DNA of 47,405 nt from Candidatus Brocadiia bacterium (lineage in GTDB: Bacteria > Planctomycetota > Brocadiia > SM23-32). Shown here piece after piece: positions 28,171-37,775 of the stretch. The notes beneath the pieces were generated by a model. It was given only the letters and a program-made list of their open reading frames with translations. It ran no database searches and was not told the DNA's origin. Within the stretch, counting starts at the first letter, position 1, and every line of letters starts with the position of its first letter. The DNA is taken from NCBI GenBank assembly GCA_046538485.1, contig JBKHIT010000037.1, positions 1 to 47,405 of the forward strand. Reading direction: 5' to 3'. The position numbers and the translations under genes are program-made.

Positions 28171-29655
28171 ATGCCTGTTGAACGACGAGGAATCCTGCTT
28201 AATCACTTCGAGAAAATTATCTGCGGGGTGGTGGGATTGTTGCTGTTGCTGTCACTTTTCTACGCCTACAAGCGGACGCGGGGAGGCCAACTTGAAAAAG
28301 TGAGCGAACGGCTTGATCGAAGCATGGCCAGAATCGAAACAAAATTGGACGGAAAACCTCCTGCGCCGCCGGAATCAAAATACCTGGACCAAATGGCCAA
28401 AGGTGTCCGTGTCGGTGAGGCGAAAGAAGTAGGCGAAATATTTTGGTATCCATGGCCCAAATATTATGAAGAAGTGGCAATTGGAAAAGAACAGACTCAT
28501 GTGCTGACATTCGAGGAACCGTTAGCCGTTCAGTCTGTTACAGTTGAGAAAGAAAGTCCGAACGACGATGTTATCAGATCTATAGAACACCCCTTCGGTA
28601 TGGACTACCGGAAGGTGAGAATTGTTACCGGAGATGAAGAAGGGTCCGCCCGAATTCGCGGTTTGATCGGCGAACGACCGCATATATGGCCCGTCCGGGT
28701 GGAAAAAGGCTGGCGTCCCCCTCCCGCCCTTGCGAAAGGCAGCCTCAAACTTGAAGCAAAACGTGGGAGAATCCTTGTCAGTTTCGATCCGCCTGATGAA
28801 GGAACAGGCGTTGATATCCTGGGTTACCAGATCTTTCGAAAGAAAGCCAGGAATCTGACCGGGAAGTTTAAACTGTTACCTCTCAAGGAGGAAGGCCCCC
28901 AGGAGGGAGTGACGGAAATGGGCCGCTTAACGAAAAAGGTCGGGGAGCCCTCCACGCGCAAGCCGGAAGGGGAGTCTCGAGATCGCAAAGAGGGTTCCCG
29001 CCGGGATAGGCGCGAAGGTGGGCCGGGAGCGGAAGGAATGCCCCGCGGCGGTGATGTGCGTTTTGCCCGTGAGTCGGAGGAAGAACGCGAAACGGCGGGA
29101 GAAGAAGAGGAACCATCGGAACCGGCAAAGGTTGAATATCTTGACGCACAACAAATCGAGCCGGGCGAAATTTATATCTATATGGTGCGAGTGGTTGCAG
29201 AGCGGTCCACTCCGCCCGTCAGTGAGTTCACCGCGGAGATATGGTCAGATGAAGTTTTGCCGACGGTTGATTTCAGGCTGACGAACGACAAACCGAGTAC
29301 CCGAGCAGGACTCCGAGCATGTGTCTTCGAAGTCTTTTCAGACACTGAAGAGGGAAGTGAAAAAAGCGAGGATATTGTTTACGTCGGTGAAAGCATTGGG
29401 AGGGGAGATTTCGAGAGCGGTTCCGAATTGCTTGATTATCATAGAAAAGCTATGGCTGTAAAACCTCCCCCTTACAGAGCCGGCCGCGTAATAGTTGTGG
29501 ACCGGTGGGGAATACCGCGTAGCCAGTGGATAGGTATGTGGCAAAGTGGTGGACGAGATAAGACTCCTTGGGACGTTGAGGAACAGAAATCGGAAACAAG
29601 GAGAGAATATCGTGGCGGCGAAGGACGGGATTTTGTGAACCCTGACCGTCGCTGA
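28171..29655 (+). CDS. Membrane-anchored protein with a fibronectin type III-like domain interrupted by a charged low-complexity insert
   Basis: N-terminal TM; ILVSFDPP...ILGYQIFRK...YLDAQQIEPGEIYIYMVRVV FN3-like strands; GGGAGG RBS. Confidence 0.55.
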   Translation: MPVERRGILLNHFEKIICGVVGLLLLLSLFYAYKRTRGGQLEKVSERLDRSMARIETKLDGKPPAPPESKYLDQMAKGVRVGEAKEVGEIFWYPWPKYYEEVAIGKEQTHVLTFEEPLAVQSVTVEKESPNDDVIRSIEHPFGMDYRKVRIVTGDEEGSARIRGLIGERPHIWPVRVEKGWRPPPALAKGSLKLEAKRGRILVSFDPPDEGTGVDILGYQIFRKKARNLTGKFKLLPLKEEGPQEGVTEMGRLTKKVGEPSTRKPEGESRDRKEGSRRDRREGGPGAEGMPRGGDVRFARESEEERETAGEEEEPSEPAKVEYLDAQQIEPGEIYIYMVRVVAERSTPPVSEFTAEIWSDEVLPTVDFRLTNDKPSTRAGLRACVFEVFSDTEEGSEKSEDIVYVGESIGRGDFESGSELLDYHRKAMAVKPPPYRAGRVIVVDRWGIPRSQWIGMWQSGGRDKTPWDVEEQKSETRREYRGGEGRDFVNPDRR

Positions 29656-29814
29656 GAGCTGTCGGGCAATAAGAAATCTTGCAAAATTGCTTGCATTTTA
29701 GTTCTGTATATGTATTGTATGTAGCTTGGATTGGCAAAGAATGAACAAACGATCCGGAGGGTCAATCCGGTTTCCCGGGTCGTTCAAGTTGAAGACTTTT
29801 TCCTTGAGGACAAG

Positions 29815-32800
29815 ATGATGCAAATGAATAAATGGCTACGGTTGGTCGCGATCATGGGGGTGGTTTTTGGCCTGACTGGGCTGGTTGGTTGCGCGAGCGC
29901 TCCATCTGAAACAACAGAGAAAGGCGCAAAGAAAGAGGGAGCTGCAGCTGCCAAGGAAAAAAGCAAAGAGACAGCGCCTGAGAAAAAGGCAGAAAAGCAA
30001 CCCGCTGGGACAAAGAAAACAGCCGAAGAGAAGAAGACAAAGGAACTCCTTGAAAAGGCTAACGCCGCTTATGAAGAGGGTGATTATCTGCAGGCCGATG
30101 CGCTCTACAAAAAAATAGCTGAGGCCGGCGGTGAAGTGCCGAAACGAAAAGTGCGCAAAGCCGAACGCAAGACGAAAAAACTTTACGGGGAAGCCCAGCA
30201 ATTGCTCCAAGATGCCGGAGCCGCGTTGGAGAAAAATCAACCCTCCGAGGCAGCGGGAAAAATTGAAGAACTCAAGGGAACGGTAGTCTTTAAATCTGAT
30301 AAGGATATTCGCCAAACCGCTGAAGCTCTCGAGAAGAAAATCGTAGAGGCGACAAAAGCGAAGGAAGCTCAGGAGGAAAAAATCGAAGGGCTTCTTGCAA
30401 AGGCCAATGCAGCTTATGAGAAGGGGAATTATCCGGAAGCCAGCGGGCTTTATGATGAGGTTGTGAAGGCAGGAGGCGAACCCCCCAGGAAAAAGTCACG
30501 TAAAGCTGAAAAACTCACAAAGAAATTCTATGCCGAAGCTGAAAAACTGCTGGCAGAAGTGAGAAAAGCGCTGAAAAACAAAAAATCGGCTGAGGCAGCC
30601 GAAAAGATCGAGGAGCTGAAGGGAACGAATGCCTTCAAGTTCAATAAGGATCTTCGTGAAGCTACCGCAAGCCTGGAGAAAAAAGTTGTGGAATTGCAAG
30701 AGGCGAAAAGCGAACGGGAGAAAAAGATCGAAGGGCTTCTTGCAAAGGCCAATGCCGCTTATGAGAAGAGGAATTATCCGGAAGCCAGCGGACTTTATGA
30801 TGAGGTTGTGAAGGCAGGAGGCGAACCCCCCAGGAAAAAGTCACGTAAAGCTGAAAAACTCACAAAGAAATTCTACGCCGAAGCTGAAAAACTGCTGGGA
30901 CAAGCTAAAAATGCACTGGAAAACAACGAACCCGCTGAGGCAGCCGAAAAAATTGAGGAACTGAAAGAAACGAATGCGTTCAAGTTCAAGGAGGATCTTC
31001 AGGAGACTGTAGCGGATTTTGAGAAAAAGGTTCTTGAAGCGCAGAAAGCTAAAGCCGCCCGGGAGAAAAAGATTAACGATCTTCTGCAAAAGGCCAATGC
31101 GGCGTACGAAAACGAAAATTACCCGCAGGCCAGGGCGTTGTATAAGAAGGTCGGCGAGGCCGGGGGGGAAGTTCCAAAAGGAAAAGCGCGTAAAGCCAAT
31201 CGTCTTACAAAGAAACTTTATGGTAACGTTCAGGAGCTGCTGAGCGAAGCGGAAGCGGCGCTTGAAAATATGCAACCTGCGAAAGCGGCCCAGAGGATTG
31301 AGACAGTCAAAGAGACGCCGGCTTTTAAATCAAATAAGGATGTTCGCGAAGCAGCGTTAGCCCTGGAGAAGAAAATCGGGCAGACAAAAAAAGAGATGGA
31401 GTCTCAAGAAAAGAAGGCCACAAGCCTTCTCAATACGGCGAGAGAGGCTCTGCTCGACCGTGAATTGCAGAGAGCCCAAAAAGCCGTGGATGAGGCCAAA
31501 AAGCTTCCAATAGTCAAGCACAGAGCTCAATTGGGCAGTGAGATTTCCCGGCTCAGTGAACAACTTGCTGCAACCAGAAGCAATCTTGATAAACAAAGGA
31601 AACAAGTTGAAAGTGCGCTTCAGGCTGCTCGGAGAAGTATGGAGAAATGGAATCTGAATCGTGCCGAGCGGTTGGTACAGGTTGTTCTTCGAACCCCCGG
31701 AATCGATACCTTTCCTCAGTTGAAAAAGGATGCTGATGCCCTTCAAAAACAACTGCAGGCGAGCGCAGATAAGAAGAAACAACAAAGACAGCAAGCTGAG
31801 GAGCTCGTCAAAACTGCTGAAAAAACTGTTGGGAACTGGCAATTCGGAAAGGCACAGGACACCCTGGTACGGGTGAAAAACCTGGATATTTATAAAGCAA
31901 TTCCGGAAATACAAAGACAGGTGGCACAGATCGAAGAGAATATGGCTTCCGAGAAAAAGCGCGCGCGCAAGTTCAATAAACAGGTTGTATCTGCGCTCGA
32001 AGAAGCCGAAAAAAATATCAAATACTGGGAGCTGGATAAGGCCGCTTCGATCATTGCCAAAGCGGAAAAAAGCCCTGCGGCAAGGAAAGATAAAGAAGTG
32101 GCAAGAAAAGTGGCTTCCCTGAAAGAAACTCTTCAAAAGACCCGGAAGAATATTGAACAGAAGAAGAAAGGGGCCAGTAGCTTTTTGGGGAAAGCGGAAG
32201 AAGCAAGGAAACAGAAGAAATATAAGGAAAGCGCGAGTTTCCTTGATCAGGCGACCAAAACCAGTGCCTATCGGAATATGCCCGATCTTCAAGAAGATAT
32301 AGCACAACACCGCATACGACTTGCTGAAGCAGCTGTTAAAAACAATCAATTTGCAATCGCTGCGGAAGTGATCGGTTCAATAAAGGACGGGCCTGTATAT
32401 GAGCGCGATAAAACCATCCGTACGCGAACCCGGGCCCTCGATAAGCAAACAATCGAGCAACAGAAACAGGTGGCACGTAATGTGTTCCAGGAAGCCCGGG
32501 AGGCTTATGGGGAGAAAGATTACGTGGCGGCGAAGAAACTACTTAAAAAGGCGGCAGCTATCGATTCTGGAATCGGGGTATTGCCGGGATCAAAGTTGAG
32601 AAAAATGCAAAAAGAGGTTGACAGTACCCTGGCAAAATGCGCAAAGCTTTATGAAGAGGGACAGCGTTTCTACAAGATGGGCAACTTTACGGCCGCACGC
32701 GGTAAATTCAAAAAGATCCAGGAAATGGGAGTTCAATGTGGGCCTGAGATCGAGGGCGGTGTAGAGAGATGTATGGCCGATATGGAAGCAAAGATTGTTG

Positions 32801-34677
32801 CCCAAAAGATGGGAGAAGCCGAACGGCTTGCTCAGGCTGCCGAACGCGTCGAGAAAAAACAAGAAAATGCACTTGAGGAGATTACAAAGCGCAAGGAAAA
32901 GCTTGCGAAAAAGTTTGACGAGATCCGCCAGATGCAGAAAAAGGGTCAATTGCTGAAGGCAGAGAAGAAGCTCAATGAGGCGGTTGCTTATACTCAGGAG
33001 AGAAAGGTTGCTCTAACCGATAAGCAACAATTGGTGAAAGCGAAGGTTGAACGGCAAATTGAAAAGAAATACGGAAGGTCCCGGGAACAAAAGGCCGAGC
33101 GCTACGCGTCCCTGGTTAAAATTGCAGAAGATTACGCGGACATGGGCAACTGGCAGCAGTCCCTGGAGTTGTTGAATGCCGTCAAGGAAGCTCGTCATTG
33201 CCCGCTTTCGCAGAAAGACAGAAAAAGCGTTGAAACGAAGTTGGAGTGGGTGAAAACAAATGCTGAGAAACAAGCGAAGGTAATAAAACAGGCAGAAACG
33301 CTGGCGAATCGAGGCCAGGAGCTGTCCAAGAAAAATAAAGGTAGAGAGGCTCTTACGCGTTGCGAAGAAGCCTACATGATGGTGAAAGAAGCGCAAATAC
33401 CCGCCGGAAAGCTCGTTTCTGTCCTGAAAAGTTATGAGGCGGTTGCATCGAAAGCCTGGCCGAGTATTACGAAAGAAGAAATCCAACGGCTTAAAAAACC
33501 CGTTGATCAGCAAGTTTCTGAAGCAGTGAACGAGCAGAATTACATGCTGGCGCGGGTGTATGTCCGATCTGGTTCTTGGGACGCGGCGGAACCATTGCTG
33601 AAAAAAGCCGCTGCGAATAAGGCCCTTGATGAAGACAATCAAAAATGGGCTCAACAGCAACTACAGGGAATCAAAGAACGAGTCAAAGGACTCCAGCGTA
33701 AAGAGCTGATCGCCACGAAAAAAGAGGCACAGCAAATAAGCGTGGTGGGCCAGAAATTTGAGGCAGCGTCTGAGAAAGGCCCCCCTGCGGAGGTGAAACG
33801 ACTCTCGCGCGAATTGAATGAGGCGCGGATTGAGCGGCTGGAGAAACGAGTGGAAATGCGGCTGGACCGAGCAGCATACCCTGAGGCGCAGGAATTGCTT
33901 GCCGAAAGCAAAGAACTTGTGAGCAGGGCCGGTGCAAAATCACAGATCAGGAAAGCGCAAGAACGGGTGCAGCGTTGGAAACAAACAAAGAAGCTTGTGT
34001 CGGAAGCCACTGCAGCCTTGAAATCGGGTGAACCGCAAAAGGCCACAACGGCGCTGGCAAAGGTGAGAAATATCAAACTGGCGCAGAATCCATATTCTGA
34101 AGTGATTGGAAAATTACAGGAAGCGGCGCGTGGTTTGGTTGCCTTCCGCAGAGCAAAAACGGCCAAGGAGCAACGGCAAAAGCAGTCACTTCAGCAGATA
34201 CGGCGAATGCTGGCGCGTGCTCGGCAGAGGGGAAAAGTCCTTGATATCATGGCGGAGGCGTTTAAGGCCTACGCTGAAGGTAATTGGGGAGATGTTCACA
34301 AGCAGGTGACGCAATTGGGTGAAGACGCCCCCCTGTATGATTTCGAGCGCGAGAAAATGGTCACCGTTGAACGAAGGCAAAGAAAACAGAGTTTGCTGAC
34401 TTCGATTTACGATTCTGTTGAGGAGCGTGATTTTGTCTCTGCTTCTAAAGCGATCGAGGAGGCACGGGGGAGCCGTATTTACAAACAAGATAAGACGTTC
34501 CGTCGTCGGGTCAGTGATATGAAGGACAGGATCAAGAAAGCTGAAGATAGAGCCGCTGAGCTTTACGCTGAAGCGCAAAAGGCATATAAGCAAGATAGAA
34601 TTGAAAAACTTAAAGATCTACTTCGAGAGCTGAAAGAAAATTACAAGAATACGAGGGTGTTTGCGGAGAAAATGTAA
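29815..34677 (+). CDS. Giant (~1620 aa) alpha-helical repeat lipoprotein (TPR-like/coiled-coil)
   Basis: GAGGA RBS, signal peptide ending in LVGC lipobox, Lys/Glu/Ala-rich helical repeats throughout, uninterrupted ORF. Confidence 0.85.
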   Translation: MMQMNKWLRLVAIMGVVFGLTGLVGCASAPSETTEKGAKKEGAAAAKEKSKETAPEKKAEKQPAGTKKTAEEKKTKELLEKANAAYEEGDYLQADALYKKIAEAGGEVPKRKVRKAERKTKKLYGEAQQLLQDAGAALEKNQPSEAAGKIEELKGTVVFKSDKDIRQTAEALEKKIVEATKAKEAQEEKIEGLLAKANAAYEKGNYPEASGLYDEVVKAGGEPPRKKSRKAEKLTKKFYAEAEKLLAEVRKALKNKKSAEAAEKIEELKGTNAFKFNKDLREATASLEKKVVELQEAKSEREKKIEGLLAKANAAYEKRNYPEASGLYDEVVKAGGEPPRKKSRKAEKLTKKFYAEAEKLLGQAKNALENNEPAEAAEKIEELKETNAFKFKEDLQETVADFEKKVLEAQKAKAAREKKINDLLQKANAAYENENYPQARALYKKVGEAGGEVPKGKARKANRLTKKLYGNVQELLSEAEAALENMQPAKAAQRIETVKETPAFKSNKDVREAALALEKKIGQTKKEMESQEKKATSLLNTAREALLDRELQRAQKAVDEAKKLPIVKHRAQLGSEISRLSEQLAATRSNLDKQRKQVESALQAARRSMEKWNLNRAERLVQVVLRTPGIDTFPQLKKDADALQKQLQASADKKKQQRQQAEELVKTAEKTVGNWQFGKAQDTLVRVKNLDIYKAIPEIQRQVAQIEENMASEKKRARKFNKQVVSALEEAEKNIKYWELDKAASIIAKAEKSPAARKDKEVARKVASLKETLQKTRKNIEQKKKGASSFLGKAEEARKQKKYKESASFLDQATKTSAYRNMPDLQEDIAQHRIRLAEAAVKNNQFAIAAEVIGSIKDGPVYERDKTIRTRTRALDKQTIEQQKQVARNVFQEAREAYGEKDYVAAKKLLKKAAAIDSGIGVLPGSKLRKMQKEVDSTLAKCAKLYEEGQRFYKMGNFTAARGKFKKIQEMGVQCGPEIEGGVERCMADMEAKIVAQKMGEAERLAQAAERVEKKQENALEEITKRKEKLAKKFDEIRQMQKKGQLLKAEKKLNEAVAYTQERKVALTDKQQLVKAKVERQIEKKYGRSREQKAERYASLVKIAEDYADMGNWQQSLELLNAVKEARHCPLSQKDRKSVETKLEWVKTNAEKQAKVIKQAETLANRGQELSKKNKGREALTRCEEAYMMVKEAQIPAGKLVSVLKSYEAVASKAWPSITKEEIQRLKKPVDQQVSEAVNEQNYMLARVYVRSGSWDAAEPLLKKAAANKALDEDNQKWAQQQLQGIKERVKGLQRKELIATKKEAQQISVVGQKFEAASEKGPPAEVKRLSRELNEARIERLEKRVEMRLDRAAYPEAQELLAESKELVSRAGAKSQIRKAQERVQRWKQTKKLVSEATAALKSGEPQKATTALAKVRNIKLAQNPYSEVIGKLQEAARGLVAFRRAKTAKEQRQKQSLQQIRRMLARARQRGKVLDIMAEAFKAYAEGNWGDVHKQVTQLGEDAPLYDFEREKMVTVERRQRKQSLLTSIYDSVEERDFVSASKAIEEARGSRIYKQDKTFRRRVSDMKDRIKKAEDRAAELYAEAQKAYKQDRIEKLKDLLRELKENYKNTRVFAEKM
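30043..31422 (+). repeat. Four tandem 345-bp (115-aa) intragenic repeats
   Basis: xLLxKANAAYE units start at 30043, 30388, 30733 and 31078; 30382-30553 vs 30727-30898 differ at only 4 of 172 nt. Confidence 0.92.
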
Positions 34678-34697
34678 CTGCGCAGCCCCGAATTCTC

Positions 34698-34726
34698 TTG
34701 ACTAAACGTCCCTTTTGCGGCATACT
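34698..34726 (+). promoter_or_regulatory. Putative sigma70-type promoter for the secretin gene
   Basis: TTGACT-17 bp-CATACT. Confidence 0.55.
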
Positions 34727-34835
34727 TTCATTGCAAAGTGAAGTCGCGGGGGCTTAAAAGCGTCCCTTTTTGGGCGCAGCTTATGGTTTAAAATTCTAAA
34801 AAAGGTAGCGATTTAGCTGAGGAGATTAAGAAGAA

Positions 34836-37775
34836 ATGTTGAGAAACGCACTGAGACTGAGTGTCTGGGTGATGTGCCTGTCTATTGTTGGTGCGGGTGT
34901 GTGCGGTGCAGCGGAGAAATCACCGTCCATCCTGGAAATGCAGGAGAAAGTCGCGGCTTCTTCGCCAGAAGTCTCTGAGAAGACACGGGGAAAAGTGAAA
35001 GAGGCCAAGGAAAAACTAAAAGCAGGGGACCCGTATGCCGCAAAAGAAATCATTATGCGTCTCGAACGGTTTAACAAGCTCAACGCTGTTGATTACAAAT
35101 TGATCGAACCGGTGCATAAACAAATCGACAAAGCGCTTGGTGAAGATCGGAAAAAGGTGGCAGAGCGTATTAGAAAACAACTTGAACAGGAAGAATATCT
35201 TTCCGAATATACGATTCAAAAGCTCGTGAAAGAGCAACTTAATAAGAAAGAAGCCCAGGCAAGAGCTTTGCAGGCCAAGGAATTGCTCTATAAAGAGCAC
35301 AAACCGGAAAAAGCAATGAAGATGGCGGAAGAAGCTTTGCTGAAGGGTCCAGATAATAGCCTCGCTCGGCGAGTTCTTGTCGAGGCAAAAGCTGATCTGG
35401 GTATCGAAGCAGCGGAGCGCGAGACAACGTCTCGGATCTTGATCGATACACCTCATGTGATGCTTGAAACAATGCAACAGGAATACGCAAGGGCGAAACA
35501 TGAGGCCCGCGAACATTTTGCTAAGGGTGAGTTCGAACAGTCGGTGGCTAAATGGCGTAAAGCGCAGACGTATGTCAATACGCTGTCGGTCTACACAGAT
35601 ATGCAAAAAGAATCTGAGGTGGTAAAAAAACAGCTCAAGCTGGCCGAAGAAGAGGCAAAAGGACAACGCCGGAAACAGGCCAAAAAACGGAAGGCAGAAG
35701 CCGAGGAGAAAATGGAAGAAGCCCTCCGACATATGGAAGAAGCAGCCGCGGAAAAAGAAGCTGAAGCTCTGGAACGAGCGTGGAAGCTGAAGCAAAAACA
35801 CGATTTTGATGAAGCCCAAAAAATTATCCGCGATCTGAAGTATCAAAATCCCGCCAGCGAAAGCGCACAGGTGCTGGATGAATCAGTGACGCATGACGAA
35901 CATGTAACAAAAATGGATGAGTTGAGTTGGCGGCATGAAAAAGAAAGGCTCGCCTTGATTCGGGAAACGCGGGAACAGGCGACGCCGTACGCTAAAGACG
36001 TACAGTTTCCGAAGAAACGAATCTGGCAGGATGTGATTTCAAACCGGGAACATGTCCCTTATCCCTCTCGGATGGAACAGTATACCGAGGAAGAGATCAA
36101 ACAGGTTGTCCAGCATCTGGATAAACAGGTATCGCTGGAATACGAGGATACGGCCCTGATTGAAGTAATCCAATTCCTGCAGGAGATTACCGATGTTAAT
36201 TTTGCCTATGACCCGAATACTTTGCCTACAGCACGCATTACGCTGGCTATCGATACCAGCCTGCGGAATGCTCTGGACCAGATTTCAAAACTGGCCGGGA
36301 TCGGCTGGGAAGTCGATGGTGCGGTCGTGCGCATCGCCGACAAAGAAAGCGTGAAAGATTATCATTCGCTGGTCTATGACGTCCGCGACTTGATGCTTGA
36401 AAAACGTGATTACTGGGCCCCTGGAAATATTTCAATAACCAGTCAGTCTGACAGAGAAGATGATGATGACGATGATACTGCCTGGAGCGGCAACCAGGTC
36501 CAGTGGAGTATCCCCCCTTCAGAAGCAGAAGGTGCTGAGAAAGTGGATTGGGAAAGGGATTCCAGTTCAAAGTTGTGGGGCGCCAGTAATGGTGGCGGAG
36601 GTGAAACCGATGAAGCTGATCGGGTGCCAGACCACCGAATGCGATTCCTTATCGAGTTGATTATGAAGACCGTCTATCCTAATAGCTGGGCCAGAGGGGG
36701 AGTTATCGGAAGCGGCCAGGGCGAGCAAGGCGACGACGGCGGTGGCGGCGGTGGCGATATTTGGGATGATGGCGGTGGTGGAGATGGGGGGAACGGATTT
36801 GATGGAGACGGCGGTACAGGTTCCACCGGCGGAAATGGGATTATTTATGCGCGATCCGGAGATCCCGGGAGTCTGATCATCTATCAAACGTCAAAAGTTC
36901 ATGAAGCGGTGCAGAAATTGCTTACAGATCTGCGGCGTGCCCAGCATATCCAGGTCAACGTAGAAGCACGTTTCCTCACGGTCAGTTCCGATTTCTTTGA
37001 GGAAATTGGTTTTCAGTGGGATATGGATGTCGGTGACAATGAAGGCGGCGCCGTTCAGGGGGGAGGGCCCGATATTTCGATTGGAGGTAGTATCCCGACG
37101 GCTGTGCCCACAGGGATGGGCAGTAAAGAAAGTGGTGGGCTCGATATTAATTTCAATATATTCGATGGATCTTCAATCGAGGGATTCTTCCGAATGGCCC
37201 AGATGCGCGGGAAGAGCGAAACCCTTGCTTGCCCGATTATTACACTCATGAACGGGCAACACGGGTATCTTCAGGTGGCAACCACGGAGAACTATGTGCG
37301 AAGTTGGGAGACTGACGACGGCGACACCGAACCGGATATTGAAGTGACAGGCGATACAATTCAGCTTGATGTCCGACCGGTTGTCAGTGCCGATCGTCGA
37401 TTCGTTTATCTCGAACTCGCGCCAATCGTGCAGACTTTGATTGCGCTGGAACCGTTTAATTACACAACGTCGAGTGGCGACGACGATGATGATGATGACA
37501 CGACTACGCAGGAATTGACACTGCAAAGGCCAAGGGAATCTACACAGCGGTTCCGAACCACAGTGTGCGTGCCTGATCGTGGTATCCTGATGGTTGGTGG
37601 GCTCACGGATTATAACAGGAGCAAAAACGAGCAAGGCCCGCCGATACTGAATAAGATACCTCTGCTGAAACGATTGTTTCTCAGTGAGGGAAAATCGACC
37701 AGCCGAAGCACATTGCTGATTTTGATGCGACCACGGATTATTATGATGGGTGAAGAGGAACAACGCGCATTTTGA
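34836..37775 (+). CDS. Secretin (GspD/PilQ family) with long helical N-terminal extension
   Basis: Signal peptide; N0/STN-like LDKQVSLEYEDTALIEVIQFL; VYDVRDL; N3-like SLIIYQTSKVHEAVQKLLTDLR; QVNVEARFLTV; PIITLMNGQ; VRPVVSADRRFVYLEL; PILNKIPLLKRLF; LLILMRPRII. Confidence 0.9.
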   Translation: MLRNALRLSVWVMCLSIVGAGVCGAAEKSPSILEMQEKVAASSPEVSEKTRGKVKEAKEKLKAGDPYAAKEIIMRLERFNKLNAVDYKLIEPVHKQIDKALGEDRKKVAERIRKQLEQEEYLSEYTIQKLVKEQLNKKEAQARALQAKELLYKEHKPEKAMKMAEEALLKGPDNSLARRVLVEAKADLGIEAAERETTSRILIDTPHVMLETMQQEYARAKHEAREHFAKGEFEQSVAKWRKAQTYVNTLSVYTDMQKESEVVKKQLKLAEEEAKGQRRKQAKKRKAEAEEKMEEALRHMEEAAAEKEAEALERAWKLKQKHDFDEAQKIIRDLKYQNPASESAQVLDESVTHDEHVTKMDELSWRHEKERLALIRETREQATPYAKDVQFPKKRIWQDVISNREHVPYPSRMEQYTEEEIKQVVQHLDKQVSLEYEDTALIEVIQFLQEITDVNFAYDPNTLPTARITLAIDTSLRNALDQISKLAGIGWEVDGAVVRIADKESVKDYHSLVYDVRDLMLEKRDYWAPGNISITSQSDREDDDDDDTAWSGNQVQWSIPPSEAEGAEKVDWERDSSSKLWGASNGGGGETDEADRVPDHRMRFLIELIMKTVYPNSWARGGVIGSGQGEQGDDGGGGGGDIWDDGGGGDGGNGFDGDGGTGSTGGNGIIYARSGDPGSLIIYQTSKVHEAVQKLLTDLRRAQHIQVNVEARFLTVSSDFFEEIGFQWDMDVGDNEGGAVQGGGPDISIGGSIPTAVPTGMGSKESGGLDINFNIFDGSSIEGFFRMAQMRGKSETLACPIITLMNGQHGYLQVATTENYVRSWETDDGDTEPDIEVTGDTIQLDVRPVVSADRRFVYLELAPIVQTLIALEPFNYTTSSGDDDDDDDTTTQELTLQRPRESTQRFRTTVCVPDRGILMVGGLTDYNRSKNEQGPPILNKIPLLKRLFLSEGKSTSRSTLLILMRPRIIMMGEEEQRAF

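Noticed and set aside
29700..29727. dif-like site AGTTCTGTATA-TGTATT-GTATGTAGCTT
   Set aside because: XerD arm departs too far from TTATGTTAAAT; more simply an AT-rich promoter region
30043..31422. CRISPR array or mobile-element repeats
   Set aside because: Repeats are 345-bp in-frame coding units without spacers; no cas genes
34727..34790. c-di-GMP riboswitch ahead of the secretin
   Set aside because: Has a GCAA-loop hairpin but lacks the recognisable GEMM P1/P2 consensus
34677..34836. Frameshift or readthrough joining the giant lipoprotein and secretin
   Set aside because: 158-bp gap has its own promoter-like site, RBS and the secretin has its own signal peptide
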